Positions 18,016-27,788 of a stretch of 64,000 nucleotides of DNA are shown piece by piece (the first letter of the stretch is position 1; every line of letters starts with the position of its first letter). The stretch covers positions 48,584 to 112,583 of the forward strand of contig CAYZRX010000001.1 in the NCBI GenBank assembly GCA_964480945.1, read 5' to 3'. The notes under the pieces are model-generated. The model was not told where the DNA came from, searched no databases, and saw nothing but the letters and a program-made list of their open reading frames with translations. The translations under genes and the position numbers were made by a program. This stretch comes from an uncultured Ignavibacteriaceae bacterium. Lineage in GTDB: Bacteria; Bacteroidota; Ignavibacteria; UBA10030.

Positions 18016-18564
18016 ATGAAAATCTACACGAAGACCGGCGACGCCGGTGAAACCTCCTTGTTCGGAGGCCAGCGGGTGCCGAAGGATGCACTGCGCATCG
18101 ATGCGTACGGCACCGTCGACGAGCTGAACTCCCTCCTCGGCGCCGTGCGATCCATGAAACCTCACCCGGAGATCGACGCGATTCTCCAGCGCCTCCAGGA
18201 TGATCTCTTTGTTCTGGGTGCTGATCTTGCCACGCCCGCGGGAAAGAGCTCCGGCAAAATCCCCCGCATCGAGTCCGCTCATTCAGAGAACCTCGAGAAG
18301 ATCATCGATTCCCTCGAATCGCACCTACAGCCATTGACGAGGTTCATTCTTCCCGGCGGGTCTCCCGTCGGCGCTTTCCTTCAGGTTGCGCGGACGGTTT
18401 GCCGAAGAGCCGAGCGTCTCGTCGTCAGGCTGTCGCGAGAAGAAAAAATCGCCTCCCCACCTCTGGTCTATCTCAATCGCTTATCTGATCTTCTCTTCGT
18501 CCTCTCACGGTACGCCAACGATCTGGACGGAGTGAAGGAGACACCCTGGGTTCCTCCCCGCTAG
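18016..18564 (+). CDS. Cob(I)alamin adenosyltransferase, PduO-type
   Basis: MKIYTKTGDAGET, AYGTVDELNS, FILPGG, RTVCRRAER, YLNRLSDLLF. Confidence 0.95.
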   Translation: MKIYTKTGDAGETSLFGGQRVPKDALRIDAYGTVDELNSLLGAVRSMKPHPEIDAILQRLQDDLFVLGADLATPAGKSSGKIPRIESAHSENLEKIIDSLESHLQPLTRFILPGGSPVGAFLQVARTVCRRAERLVVRLSREEKIASPPLVYLNRLSDLLFVLSRYANDLDGVKETPWVPPR

Positions 18565-18619
18565 CCATGCCCCTGGGGGCCGGCACTTCACTTGAGAGCA
18601 CACACATCTTCGAAGAGCC

Positions 18620-19321
18620 ATGGATGCCGTGGAAGTCTTGAGACGTCTTCGATCGCTCTCCGATCCACGTGCCGTGGAGGGGATGGCGCGCTATGGAATA
18701 ACCTCCGCGAAAGCGTTTGGAATCTCCGCGCCAACCGTCAGGGCCCTTGCGAAGGAAATCGGTCGAGACCAGAAGCTGTCTCTCAAGTTGTGGGGCTCAG
18801 GCTACCTTGAGGCACGCGCCATCGCATCTCTGATCGGCGATCCCAGGGAGGTGACGGAGGCGCAAATGGAGCGTTGGGTGAGAGACCTCGACTCGTGGGC
18901 GGTGTGTGATGCTTGCTGCGGCATCCTCTTCGACAAGACGCCGTTCGCGTTCTCGAAGGCGCTCGAGTGGAGTAAAAGGAAAGAGGAATTCGTGAAGAGG
19001 GCCGGTTTCGTTCTGATAGCCGCGCTCGCCGTTCATGACAAAGATCGCACTGATCGGGACTTTGTGCGTTTCTTGCGAGAGATCGTGCGGGGATCGACGG
19101 ATGAGCGGAACTTTGTGAAAAAAGCCGTGAACTGGGCCCTGCGACAGATCGGCAAGCGGAGCAAGAAGCTGAATCGACTCGCAATTCGGACGGTGAAGGA
19201 GATTCACAGGTTGGATTCAAAATCTGCGCGATGGATAGCCTCCGATGCGCTGAGGGAGCTGAAGAGCGCGCCTGTCCAGCGGAGGCTTGAGTCCCGCCAG
19301 AAGAAAATGGGAGGGCTGTAG
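18620..19321 (+). CDS. DNA alkylation repair protein (AlkD-like)
   Basis: DSWAVCD, DERNFVKKAVNWALRQIGKR. Confidence 0.88.
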   Translation: MDAVEVLRRLRSLSDPRAVEGMARYGITSAKAFGISAPTVRALAKEIGRDQKLSLKLWGSGYLEARAIASLIGDPREVTEAQMERWVRDLDSWAVCDACCGILFDKTPFAFSKALEWSKRKEEFVKRAGFVLIAALAVHDKDRTDRDFVRFLREIVRGSTDERNFVKKAVNWALRQIGKRSKKLNRLAIRTVKEIHRLDSKSARWIASDALRELKSAPVQRRLESRQKKMGGL

Positions 19322-19480
19322 TCGCCCGCAGATGAGAACGAGCTGGAATCTTGGCAGGGCGCGGCTTGTTGACAAAGACGAGGTGGAGAAGCTCGATGTG
19401 GAGCCGAGAATACGATGCTGTTGCCTCCTGTCTCCGCACGGCGCTCCCTCGACGTCTTTGATTTCTGAAGAGGAGGTACG

Positions 19481-19837
19481 ATGGCTTGGGTGATCACTCG
19501 TCTTTGTGCCGATTGTCTGGACACGGCATGTGTCAAAGTGTGTCCCGTCGATTGCATCTATGGGCTGACTGCCGGCGACGAGAACTATCGCCGCCAACTC
19601 TTCATTCATCCCGAAGAATGTATCAACTGTGCGGCGTGCGAGCCTGAGTGTCCGTGGGGCGCTATCTTCGAAGATGTAGTGGTTCCGGAGATCTTTAAGG
19701 AGGACATCGAGATTAACGCGAAGATCTTCGATGATCATCCAAAAGATGATTTCACGACGGCTCCGGATCCGATCAAGCAGCATCCGACGCCGGGCGAGAT
19801 CGATGCAAACTATGAGAAATGGGGATATGAGAAATAG
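19481..19837 (+). CDS. Ferredoxin (FdxA-like dicluster)
   Basis: CADCLDTACVKVCPVDCI and CINCAACEPECP; RBS GAGGAGG. Confidence 0.92.
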   Translation: MAWVITRLCADCLDTACVKVCPVDCIYGLTAGDENYRRQLFIHPEECINCAACEPECPWGAIFEDVVVPEIFKEDIEINAKIFDDHPKDDFTTAPDPIKQHPTPGEIDANYEKWGYEK

Positions 19838-19959
19838 TGGCGAGGGAAGTCAAATTGTTCTGCGGGAAGACGCTGCGTCGGTACGAGCAGCGTCTGTTTT
19901 TTGTGTCGCGAGGTAAGTTGTGCAATGCGTATCATTTTCGAGAATGCACATTATTTTCG

Positions 19960-19988
19960 TTGACAAGTGTTGAAATCATCGGTATATT
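19960..19988 (+). promoter_or_regulatory. Sigma70-type promoter for the nuo operon
   Basis: TTGACA-N17-TATATT. Confidence 0.65.
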
Positions 19989-20041
19989 AGCACGGTTTTT
20001 TGCCATTCTTACCTCATCCTTTTTCACCGTCCAGAGCAGCT

Positions 20042-20485
20042 ATGCTCACTGAGTTCGGCAAGATACTGATCTTCTTCATCATCGGAGCGCTGTTCGTTGC
20101 TGCCGGCCTGTTCACCGCGTGGATCCTTCGACCTCGTCGTCCCTATCCTGGAAAACTCGCACCCTATGAGTGTGGGGAGGAACCGATCGGTGATGCCTGG
20201 GTGAGATTCAACGTGCGCTTCTATGTGGTGGCACTCATCTTCCTCGTCTTTGACGTGGAGGTTGTCTTCCTCTTCCCTTGGGCCCTGGTCTATCGTGAAC
20301 TCGGGCTTTTCGGTTTCATCGAGATGGCGGTCTTCTTGCTCATTTTGCTTGTAGGATTTGCCTACGTGTGGGCAAAAGGTGACCTCGACTGGGACAAGCC
20401 TCGTCCTCAGGTTCCGCACATCGAGCGGCCAGCCTTGACCAAACCTGAGGCGCAGAAAGAGGCTGAGCACACACCCGTCGCGTGA
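20042..20485 (+). CDS. nuoA: NADH-quinone oxidoreductase subunit A
   Basis: PYECGEEP, FLVFDVEVVFLFPWA, KGDLDW. Confidence 0.95.
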   Translation: MLTEFGKILIFFIIGALFVAAGLFTAWILRPRRPYPGKLAPYECGEEPIGDAWVRFNVRFYVVALIFLVFDVEVVFLFPWALVYRELGLFGFIEMAVFLLILLVGFAYVWAKGDLDWDKPRPQVPHIERPALTKPEAQKEAEHTPVA

Positions 20486-20515
20486 ACGGGTACCACGCAC
20501 TGAGAGAACTATTCC

Positions 20516-21007
20516 ATGGGATTGCTTGATCAACAATTTGAGAACGGTAATGTCTTCGTCACCTCGCTCGACAAGCTGCTGAACTGGGCAAGGCTCTCCT
20601 CTTTGTGGCAGATGCAATTCGGTCTCGCTTGCTGCGCAATCGAAATGATGGCTGCCTCCGCGTCAAATTTCGACATCATGCGCTTCGGTATCATTCCCCG
20701 GGCCACGCCGCGTCAGGTGGACGTTTTGTTCGTCGCCGGAACGGTTACGATCAAGATGGCCTCACGGATCAAGCGATTGTATGACCAGATGGCGGAGCCG
20801 CGCTACGTGCTCTCCATGGGAAGCTGTGCAAATTGCGGCGGACCATACTGGGAACATGGATATCACGTGTTGAAGGGAGTCGATCGGGTTATCCCGGTCG
20901 ATGTGTACGTCCCCGGCTGTCCTCCCCGGCCGGAAGCGTTGTTGGAAGGAATCATCAAGCTCCAGGAGAAGGTTCGAAGGGAGAGCCTGGTGAAGAAATC
21001 CGCGTAG
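20516..21007 (+). CDS. nuoB: NADH-quinone oxidoreductase subunit B
   Basis: [31 protein letters not shown]. Confidence 0.96.
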   Translation: MGLLDQQFENGNVFVTSLDKLLNWARLSSLWQMQFGLACCAIEMMAASASNFDIMRFGIIPRATPRQVDVLFVAGTVTIKMASRIKRLYDQMAEPRYVLSMGSCANCGGPYWEHGYHVLKGVDRVIPVDVYVPGCPPRPEALLEGIIKLQEKVRRESLVKKSA

Positions 21008-21021
21008 AAGTGGAAGGAAGT

Positions 21022-21498
21022 ATGACCGCAGCAGAGATCGTAGAAAGCCTGAAAGCCAAGTTCGCGGATGCTGTCCTCGAGTCAAAGTTGGACGCGCTGC
21101 AGCCGTGGATTCTCCTCGCCCCCAGGAGGATGAAAGAGATCGCGTATTTCCTGCGGGACGACCCCGCGATGCAATTTGACTATCTGATGTGCTTGTCCGG
21201 CGTAGACCATAATAACGGAAAACTCGGCGTCGTGTACCATCTGTCCTCGACTGTTCATCGCCACAAGATCGTGCTCAAGGCGCAGTGCACAAAGGAAGAC
21301 GCGCACGTTCAGTCCGTGAGCGCCGTCTGGGGCACGGCGAACTGGCATGAGCGGGAGGCCTTCGATCTCATCGGCATCGTGTTTGACGAGCATCCCGACC
21401 CGCGACGCATCCTCCTCCCTGATGACTGGGAGGGGCACCCGCTCCGCAAGGATTACAAAGTGCCCGAGTTCTATAATGGAATGAAAGTTCCGTACTAA
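21022..21498 (+). CDS. nuoC: NADH-quinone oxidoreductase subunit C
   Basis: ANWHEREAFDLIGI, RRILLPDDWEGHPLRKDY; ATG 21022 after GGAAGGAAG. Confidence 0.95.
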   Translation: MTAAEIVESLKAKFADAVLESKLDALQPWILLAPRRMKEIAYFLRDDPAMQFDYLMCLSGVDHNNGKLGVVYHLSSTVHRHKIVLKAQCTKEDAHVQSVSAVWGTANWHEREAFDLIGIVFDEHPDPRRILLPDDWEGHPLRKDYKVPEFYNGMKVPY

Positions 21499-21518
21499 CG
21501 GTCTGATGAAGTTTCTGC

Positions 21519-22706
21519 ATGATTGAGACCAAGACACTCCCGACCCGATACGTTACACAGCCCGGCGAATTCCACACCTCCAGCGGCAAGACTCTCCGAA
21601 CCGACGAGATGATCATCAATATGGGTCCGCAGCATCCGTCCACGCACGGAGTGCTGCGGCTCGAGATCGTCGTCGACGGGGAGATCATTGTCGATGTTAT
21701 CCCGCACATCGGTTACCTCCACCGCTGCTTCGAAAAGCACGCGGAGCACATGACCAATTATCAGCAGGTGATCCCGTATGTCGACCGGATGGACTACGTT
21801 GCCGCGATGAATATGGAGCACGGGTATGCGGTTGCGGTCGAGCGACTTCTGAAGATCGAAGTGCCGGAACGCGTGGAGTACATTCGCGTCATCATGGCCG
21901 AGCTGCAAAGGATTGCGAGCCACCTGATCGCCGTGGGGACGTTCGGCATCGATGCGGGGGCCTTCACTCCCTTCCTGTACGCCTTCCGCGATCGGGAGCT
22001 GATCCTGGATCTCTTCGAGATGACGTGCGGCGCGCGCCTTCTGTACAACTATATTTGGGTGGGCGGCCTCTCTCACGACCTGCCGCCGCAATTTATCGAC
22101 AAGTGCAAAGAGTTCTGCACCTACTTCAAGCCGAGGATCAAGCAGTTCAACGACCTTCTTACCTTCAACGAGATCTTTGTCAAACGGACGGCGAATGTAG
22201 GGGTCCTGCCGAAGGATGTCGCTCTCAACTACGCGTGCAGCGGGCCGATGTTGAGAGGCTCGGGCGTCGACTGGGATTTGCGGCGGGATGACCCGTATTC
22301 GGTCTACAGTCGGTTCGAGTGGGAACCCAAGCTCGGTAAGGGTGAAATGGGGACTGTCGGCGATACGTGGGACAGGCATATCGTCCGTATGCGTGAGATG
22401 GAGGAGAGTGTGAGGATCATCGAACAGGCTGTGGCCGGCATTCCTGAGGGCAACGTGCAGGCGGCCATTCCGAAACGAATTCGGCCTGAGGCAGGCGAGA
22501 TTTACGCGCGCACGGAAACGCCGCGAGGCGAACTCGGGTACTACGTCATCAGCGACGGATCCGGGAGCCCCTTTCGAGTGAAGGCCAGATCGCCCGCCTT
22601 CGTCAACCTGAGTGTTTTGCCGGACATCTCGCGCGGAGGCATGCTGGCCGACCTCGTGCTCATTGCCGGGAGTGTGGACATCGTGCTGGGCGAGGTTGAT
22701 CGTTGA
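21519..22706 (+). CDS. nuoD: NADH-quinone oxidoreductase subunit D
   Basis: NMGPQHPSTHGVLRL, GYLHR, DRMDY, DIVLGEVDR. Confidence 0.97.
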   Translation: MIETKTLPTRYVTQPGEFHTSSGKTLRTDEMIINMGPQHPSTHGVLRLEIVVDGEIIVDVIPHIGYLHRCFEKHAEHMTNYQQVIPYVDRMDYVAAMNMEHGYAVAVERLLKIEVPERVEYIRVIMAELQRIASHLIAVGTFGIDAGAFTPFLYAFRDRELILDLFEMTCGARLLYNYIWVGGLSHDLPPQFIDKCKEFCTYFKPRIKQFNDLLTFNEIFVKRTANVGVLPKDVALNYACSGPMLRGSGVDWDLRRDDPYSVYSRFEWEPKLGKGEMGTVGDTWDRHIVRMREMEESVRIIEQAVAGIPEGNVQAAIPKRIRPEAGEIYARTETPRGELGYYVISDGSGSPFRVKARSPAFVNLSVLPDISRGGMLADLVLIAGSVDIVLGEVDR

Positions 22707-22763
22707 GCTCGGTGTCCCCCGTGCTGTTCACTTCTTCTTTGATTCTCTCTTGACCTTCTGAAT

Positions 22764-23810
22764 ATGGATGCACTCCAAAATATGGGTTTGTGGGGATCGA
22801 TTCTGATCGCGGTTGTCCTGAGCGCTCTTCCCATCATCTTCATTCTCCTCTACGCATTGGTGACGCTCTATCTCGAAATGAAGGTCGCCGCCCACATGCA
22901 GGACCGGCTGGCGTACATGCGGACCGGCTGGCATGGCACGCTCCAGCCGTTTGCCGACATCCTGAAGCTGCTGCAGAAGGAAGACACGATCAGCTCGGAG
23001 GCGGACAGGAAGCTCTTCATCCTTGCTCCCTATATCGTCTTCATGGGGACCTATGCGGGTTTCGCGGCGATCCCGTTCAGCAGCATGTACATCGGCAGCA
23101 ACATCGACCTCGGCGCGTTCTTCATCGTTGCCGTTTCGTCGCTGGTCGTGATCGGCATCCTGATGGGCGGGTGGGCCTCGAACAACAAGTGGTCGATCTT
23201 CGGTGCGATGCGCTCTGCAGCGCAGATGGTGAGCTACGAAATCCCGACTGCATTGGCGATTCTCATCGCCGTGATGATCACGGGGTCATTGAATTTGCAG
23301 GATGTCACGAAGTTTCAGGAAGGCGGTATTCAGAACTGGGTTATCTTCGGAGGGACGCTGCCCCTCACGCAGAAGCTCTTGCTCATTCCCTTCACCGTCG
23401 TTACGTTTCTCATCCTCTTTACCGCCTCGCTTGCAGAAGTGAACAGGACCCCGTTCGATCTGCCGGAGGCTGAGTCGGAGCTGGTCCAGGGGTTCAACAC
23501 CGAGTACAGCGGCATGCGATTCGCGATGTTCTACCTCGCGGAATATGCAAATATGTTCCTGGTCTCCGCCGTCGCCGTCTCCCTCTTCCTCGGCGGGTGG
23601 TCAAGTCCGTTCGGGTCGGTGATGTCCGGTCCGGTCTGGGGTTTGTTCTGGTTCGTCGCGAAGGGGATGGTTCTTGTCTTCCTGCAGATCTGGATCCGTT
23701 GGACGCTGCCCCGCCTGCGAGTCGACCAGCTGATGTACACATCCTGGAAAGTGCTGACGCCGTTCCTCTTCGTCTGTATCTTCGGTGTCGGTCTGATCCT
23801 GGTTCTTTGA
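22764..23810 (+). CDS. nuoH: NADH-quinone oxidoreductase subunit H
   Basis: QPFADILKLLQKE, NRTPFDLPEAESELV, PRLRVDQL. Confidence 0.96.
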   Translation: MDALQNMGLWGSILIAVVLSALPIIFILLYALVTLYLEMKVAAHMQDRLAYMRTGWHGTLQPFADILKLLQKEDTISSEADRKLFILAPYIVFMGTYAGFAAIPFSSMYIGSNIDLGAFFIVAVSSLVVIGILMGGWASNNKWSIFGAMRSAAQMVSYEIPTALAILIAVMITGSLNLQDVTKFQEGGIQNWVIFGGTLPLTQKLLLIPFTVVTFLILFTASLAEVNRTPFDLPEAESELVQGFNTEYSGMRFAMFYLAEYANMFLVSAVAVSLFLGGWSSPFGSVMSGPVWGLFWFVAKGMVLVFLQIWIRWTLPRLRVDQLMYTSWKVLTPFLFVCIFGVGLILVL

Positions 23811-23837
23811 GAAGGAATATGAGGTTGTAGGATCTCT

Positions 23838-24524
23838 ATGAGTGCTGTCGGAGAATACTTTCATACTATCTGGCTCGCGGTCTCGACCGTCGCGATCGGC
23901 ATGAAGATCACGTTCAAGCACCTGTTCGTGCCGGCGGTGACTCTCCAGTATCCGGATGTCAAGATGAAGCTGCCGGAGCGGGCGCGCAATCGTCTCTACG
24001 TAAACATCGATGACTGTATCGGCTGCGACCAGTGTTCGATGGCGTGCCCGGTCGATTGCATCATTATCGAGACGATCAAATCGACGCCCGACCAGGACCT
24101 CGGGGTCACATCAACCGGCCACAAGAAGCGTCTCCATCTTCCCAAGTTCGACATCGACATCGCGAAGTGCTGCTACTGCGGGCTCTGTGTGCCTCCGTGT
24201 CCGACCGAGTGCATCGTCATGACCGACGTCTTCGAATTTTCGGAATTCGACCGGAAGAATCTGATCTACAACTTCAGCATCATGACGCCGGGCGATATTG
24301 AGGTCGCGAAGGAGAAGTTGAAGAAAGCCGAAGCGGAAGCGGCGGCCAAGAAAGCAGCCGCGGCGGCAGCGGCAGCAGCTGCAAAAGCGAGCGCAGCCGC
24401 GCAACCGGCTCCACCCGCGGCGACACCAGCTCCATCGCCGAAGCCGGAGGAGCGCACGCCGGGCCAGAATCCCCAACCGGGTACAACCACGACGGACCCC
24501 GGCGAACCACCGGAGAAATCATAG
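23838..24524 (+). CDS. nuoI: NADH-quinone oxidoreductase subunit I with Ala/Pro-rich tail
   Basis: CIGCDQCSMACP and CCYCGLCVPPCP; position between nuoH and nuoJ. Confidence 0.93.
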   Translation: MSAVGEYFHTIWLAVSTVAIGMKITFKHLFVPAVTLQYPDVKMKLPERARNRLYVNIDDCIGCDQCSMACPVDCIIIETIKSTPDQDLGVTSTGHKKRLHLPKFDIDIAKCCYCGLCVPPCPTECIVMTDVFEFSEFDRKNLIYNFSIMTPGDIEVAKEKLKKAEAEAAAKKAAAAAAAAAAKASAAAQPAPPAATPAPSPKPEERTPGQNPQPGTTTTDPGEPPEKS

Positions 24525-24529
24525 CAATC

Positions 24530-25039
24530 ATGGATCTCTACACGATCATCTTCTATCTCTTCGCTGTCATCACGCTGATTTCGGCCTCGGTCGTCGTCTT
24601 CTCGAAGAACATCGTCTACTCGGCGTTCGCTCTCTTGTTCACGTTTTTCGGCGTCGCTGGCTTGTACGTGTTGATGATGGCCGACTTCATCGCCATTACC
24701 CAGCTCCTGATCTACGTCGGCGGCATCCTCGTGCTCGTGATCTTCGGGGTGATGCTGACGACCCGCGTGATCAGCGTCGAGATGAGGACCGGGACGGTAC
24801 AAACGCTTCCGGCCGTATTGATCGTCGCCGCCCTGGCGGGCACGCTCATCGGCGTTTTCTGGACAACCGACTGGAGGGTATCGTCTTCGACCGCGGGCTT
24901 CGAGAAAACCGCCCCGAAAATCGGTGAGATGCTCCTGACCGGCTATCTCCTGCCGTTCGAGATTGCATCGGTCGTTCTGCTGGTGGCGTTGATCGGCGCC
25001 GCGATGATCGCGCGGAGGGAGCGGAAGGCCTCCTCGTGA
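24530..25039 (+). CDS. nuoJ: NADH-quinone oxidoreductase subunit J
   Basis: QLLIYVGGILVL, PFEIASVVLLVALIGA. Confidence 0.95.
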   Translation: MDLYTIIFYLFAVITLISASVVVFSKNIVYSAFALLFTFFGVAGLYVLMMADFIAITQLLIYVGGILVLVIFGVMLTTRVISVEMRTGTVQTLPAVLIVAALAGTLIGVFWTTDWRVSSSTAGFEKTAPKIGEMLLTGYLLPFEIASVVLLVALIGAAMIARRERKASS

Positions 25040-25091
25040 GATTCCCGAAATCCTTGAGAGTGCGGGAATTTGCTGAATAAAGGAAGTGAAT

Positions 25092-25424
25092 ATGCACAAC
25101 TTCATTCAATGGCTGCAGACACCCGGTTTGAATCATTTCCTCATCATCAGCGGCATCCTGTTCTCGCTCGGCATCTTCGCGATCCTGACGCGGCGCAACG
25201 CGATCATGGTGCTGATGGGGATCGAATTGGTCCTCAATGCTGCCAACGTCAATTTCCTGGCATTCTCGCGCTACACGACGGGGACGCTCGACGGGCAAGT
25301 GTTCGCGATCTTCGTCATTATCCTCGCAGCCGCGGAAGCAGCCATCGCGCTGGCGATCGTCTTGAACATCTACCAAAACTTCAACACCGTCAATGTCGAC
25401 GAGATCAATCAGCTGAAGGATTGA
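25092..25424 (+). CDS. nuoK: NADH-quinone oxidoreductase subunit K
   Basis: MGIELVLNAAN, AAAEAAIALA; start ATG 25092 or GTG 25086. Confidence 0.94.
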   Translation: MHNFIQWLQTPGLNHFLIISGILFSLGIFAILTRRNAIMVLMGIELVLNAANVNFLAFSRYTTGTLDGQVFAIFVIILAAAEAAIALAIVLNIYQNFNTVNVDEINQLKD

Positions 25425-25432
25425 CGTTAGAC

Positions 25433-25467
25433 AGATCGAAGATTGTAAATTGTAGATTGGAAATCTA
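25433..25467. repeat. Degenerate heptamer tandem tract
   Basis: AGATCGA AGATTGT AAATTGT AGATTGG AAATCTA between nuoK and nuoL. Confidence 0.7.
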
Positions 25468-25471
25468 GAGA

Positions 25472-27733
25472 ATGTCCCCAGATACGATTCTCCACCTGAG
25501 CGCGGTCGTCCTTCTCCTGCCGTTTCTCGGGTTCACGATCCTCATCTTCTTCAACAAGCGACTTCCGCGCCAGGGCGATTGGCTGGAAACGGGCATCCTC
25601 TTCGTCGGGTTGATCCTCTCCGTCCTGATCTTCGCGGTCAAGCTGGGATCGTATCACGACGAAACGCTGCAGACGAGTTTCACGTGGGTGAATTTCGGTA
25701 TCGTGCCCGGCTTCGGTCCCATGACGATGACCCTCGGACTCATGGTCGACAATCTCGCCGCCATCATGCTCGTGGCTGTTTATATCGTCAGCTCGTTCGT
25801 GCACCTGTTCTCGATCGGCTACATGCACGGTGACGTCCGGTACGGGAGGTACTTCGCTTATCTCGGATTGTTCACCTTCTCGATGCTGGGGATCGTGGTC
25901 ACGAACAACTTCTTTATGATGTACGTGTTCTGGGAGTTGGTCGGCCTCAGCTCCTATCTTCTTATCGGTCACTGGTTCGAGAAGAAATCCGCAAGCGACG
26001 CTGCGAAGAAAGCCTTCATCGTCAACCGGATCGGCGACGTCGGGATGTTCACCGGCATCCTCATCCTCTTCGCGAGCTTCCACACTTTTACGTTTGAGAC
26101 GATCTTTTCTGCGATCAAAGCCGGCCAGATTCCTCTCGGAAGCGAGGCGTGGCTGACGGCAGCCGGCCTGCTTATCTTCTGCGGCGCGGTCGGCAAGTCC
26201 GCGCAGTTCCCGCTGCACGTGTGGCTCCCGGATGCGATGGAGGGTCCGACGCCGGTCAGCGCCCTGATCCACGCCGCGACGATGGTTGCGGCAGGCGTGT
26301 ATCTCATCGCGCGGACGTTCCCCATGATGACGGCAAGTGCGCTGAACTGGATCGCGATCATCGGAGCGATCACAGCCTTCATCCCGGCGACGATCGCCAT
26401 CGCTCAGACGGACATCAAGAAAGTCCTGGCGTATTCGACGATCAGCCAGCTTGGCTACATGGTGATGGGTCTCGGGGTTGGCGCGTTTACGGCGGGGTTT
26501 TTCCATCTGACCACGCACGCGATGTTCAAAGCAGGACTCTTCCTCGGCTCGGGCTCCGTGATCCACGCGATGCATCACGCACTGCACCATACCGGTGACC
26601 ATCAGACGGACGCACAGGACATCCGCAACATGGGTGGACTGAGGACGAAGATGCCGATCACCTTCTGGACCTTCGTTATGTACACGCTCGCCATCTCCGG
26701 CGTCCCCTTTACTTCGGGGTTTTTGAGCAAAGATGAGATCCTCGCGGGGACACTCGCCTATGGTGATCTGACGGGGCGCTGGTTCATCCCAGCCATCGCC
26801 TTCCTCTCCGCGGCACTGACGGCGTTCTACATGTTCCGGTTGGTCATCCTTACGTTCCTTGGGGAGCACAAAGAGCGTCACCGGTTCGAGGCCATTCGAG
26901 AATCACCTTGGACGATGACCGTCCCGCTGGTTGTCTTTGCGGTCCTTTGCTTCTTCGCCTTCTACAGCTTCAACCCGTTCGGCGCACCGAGTGGCTGGTT
27001 CTACGGCGCGATGCCCCGGCCGGAGACGGTCGTTCCTGCAGCAGTGGCGGCCGCGGGTGCCGAATCGTTCGAAACGGCGCTGCACCACACGCACACGGCG
27101 GCAATGGCTCTCTCACTGACAATGGCCGCTCTCGGTATCTTGGTTGCATTCCTGACATACTACTGGAAGAAAATCAGCGCGGATGCGCTCGCGGAGCGGC
27201 TGAGACCAATTCACCTCTTCCTTGTTAACAAATGGTATTTTGACGAGCTCTACGAAGCAACCTTCGTGAAAGGGACGATCGGACTCGCGAAAGTGTCGCG
27301 TTGGTTCGACAATGTCATCATCGACGGGATCGTGAACGGGTCCGCCAGCTGGGTGAGGGGACTCACGCTCGGCACGAAGCGAAACTGGGGGGAGGGCAAC
27401 CTGGCGGCGATCTTCTATATGGTTGTGATGGGGGCGATATCGCTCTATGTGGGGTGGGTTGTTGGAGCTGGTCTAATGCCGGTTGAGGCTTCCTTCGGTG
27501 CAATGATCGGTTACGCGATCTTGGGGTTGGCGGTCGCTGGTTTGACGTTTTTCCTCTTCTATGTCGGTGTCGGCGGATTCGACAACAGCATAGTCGATGG
27601 GCTCGTGAACGCAACCGCGTATCTGGCAGGCTTCTTCGGGTTGCTGACTCGCCGGCTGCAAACGGGCAAGGTGCAGACCTACCTTGCCTTTGTGATTCTC
27701 GGCGTGATGATTTTCTTTCTCTGGTTTCGTTGA
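25472..27733 (+). CDS. nuoL: NADH-quinone oxidoreductase subunit L (C-terminally extended)
   Basis: KSAQFPLHVWLPDAMEGPTPVSALIHAATMV, KKVLAYSTISQLGYM, LQTGKVQTY. Confidence 0.96.
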   Translation: MSPDTILHLSAVVLLLPFLGFTILIFFNKRLPRQGDWLETGILFVGLILSVLIFAVKLGSYHDETLQTSFTWVNFGIVPGFGPMTMTLGLMVDNLAAIMLVAVYIVSSFVHLFSIGYMHGDVRYGRYFAYLGLFTFSMLGIVVTNNFFMMYVFWELVGLSSYLLIGHWFEKKSASDAAKKAFIVNRIGDVGMFTGILILFASFHTFTFETIFSAIKAGQIPLGSEAWLTAAGLLIFCGAVGKSAQFPLHVWLPDAMEGPTPVSALIHAATMVAAGVYLIARTFPMMTASALNWIAIIGAITAFIPATIAIAQTDIKKVLAYSTISQLGYMVMGLGVGAFTAGFFHLTTHAMFKAGLFLGSGSVIHAMHHALHHTGDHQTDAQDIRNMGGLRTKMPITFWTFVMYTLAISGVPFTSGFLSKDEILAGTLAYGDLTGRWFIPAIAFLSAALTAFYMFRLVILTFLGEHKERHRFEAIRESPWTMTVPLVVFAVLCFFAFYSFNPFGAPSGWFYGAMPRPETVVPAAVAAAGAESFETALHHTHTAAMALSLTMAALGILVAFLTYYWKKISADALAERLRPIHLFLVNKWYFDELYEATFVKGTIGLAKVSRWFDNVIIDGIVNGSASWVRGLTLGTKRNWGEGNLAAIFYMVVMGAISLYVGWVVGAGLMPVEASFGAMIGYAILGLAVAGLTFFLFYVGVGGFDNSIVDGLVNATAYLAGFFGLLTRRLQTGKVQTYLAFVILGVMIFFLWFR

Positions 27734-27788
27734 ATCTGGACGTCGGTCAGGTTTCTTGAGTCTTGAATCCAATCAGGAGTAGAACAGA

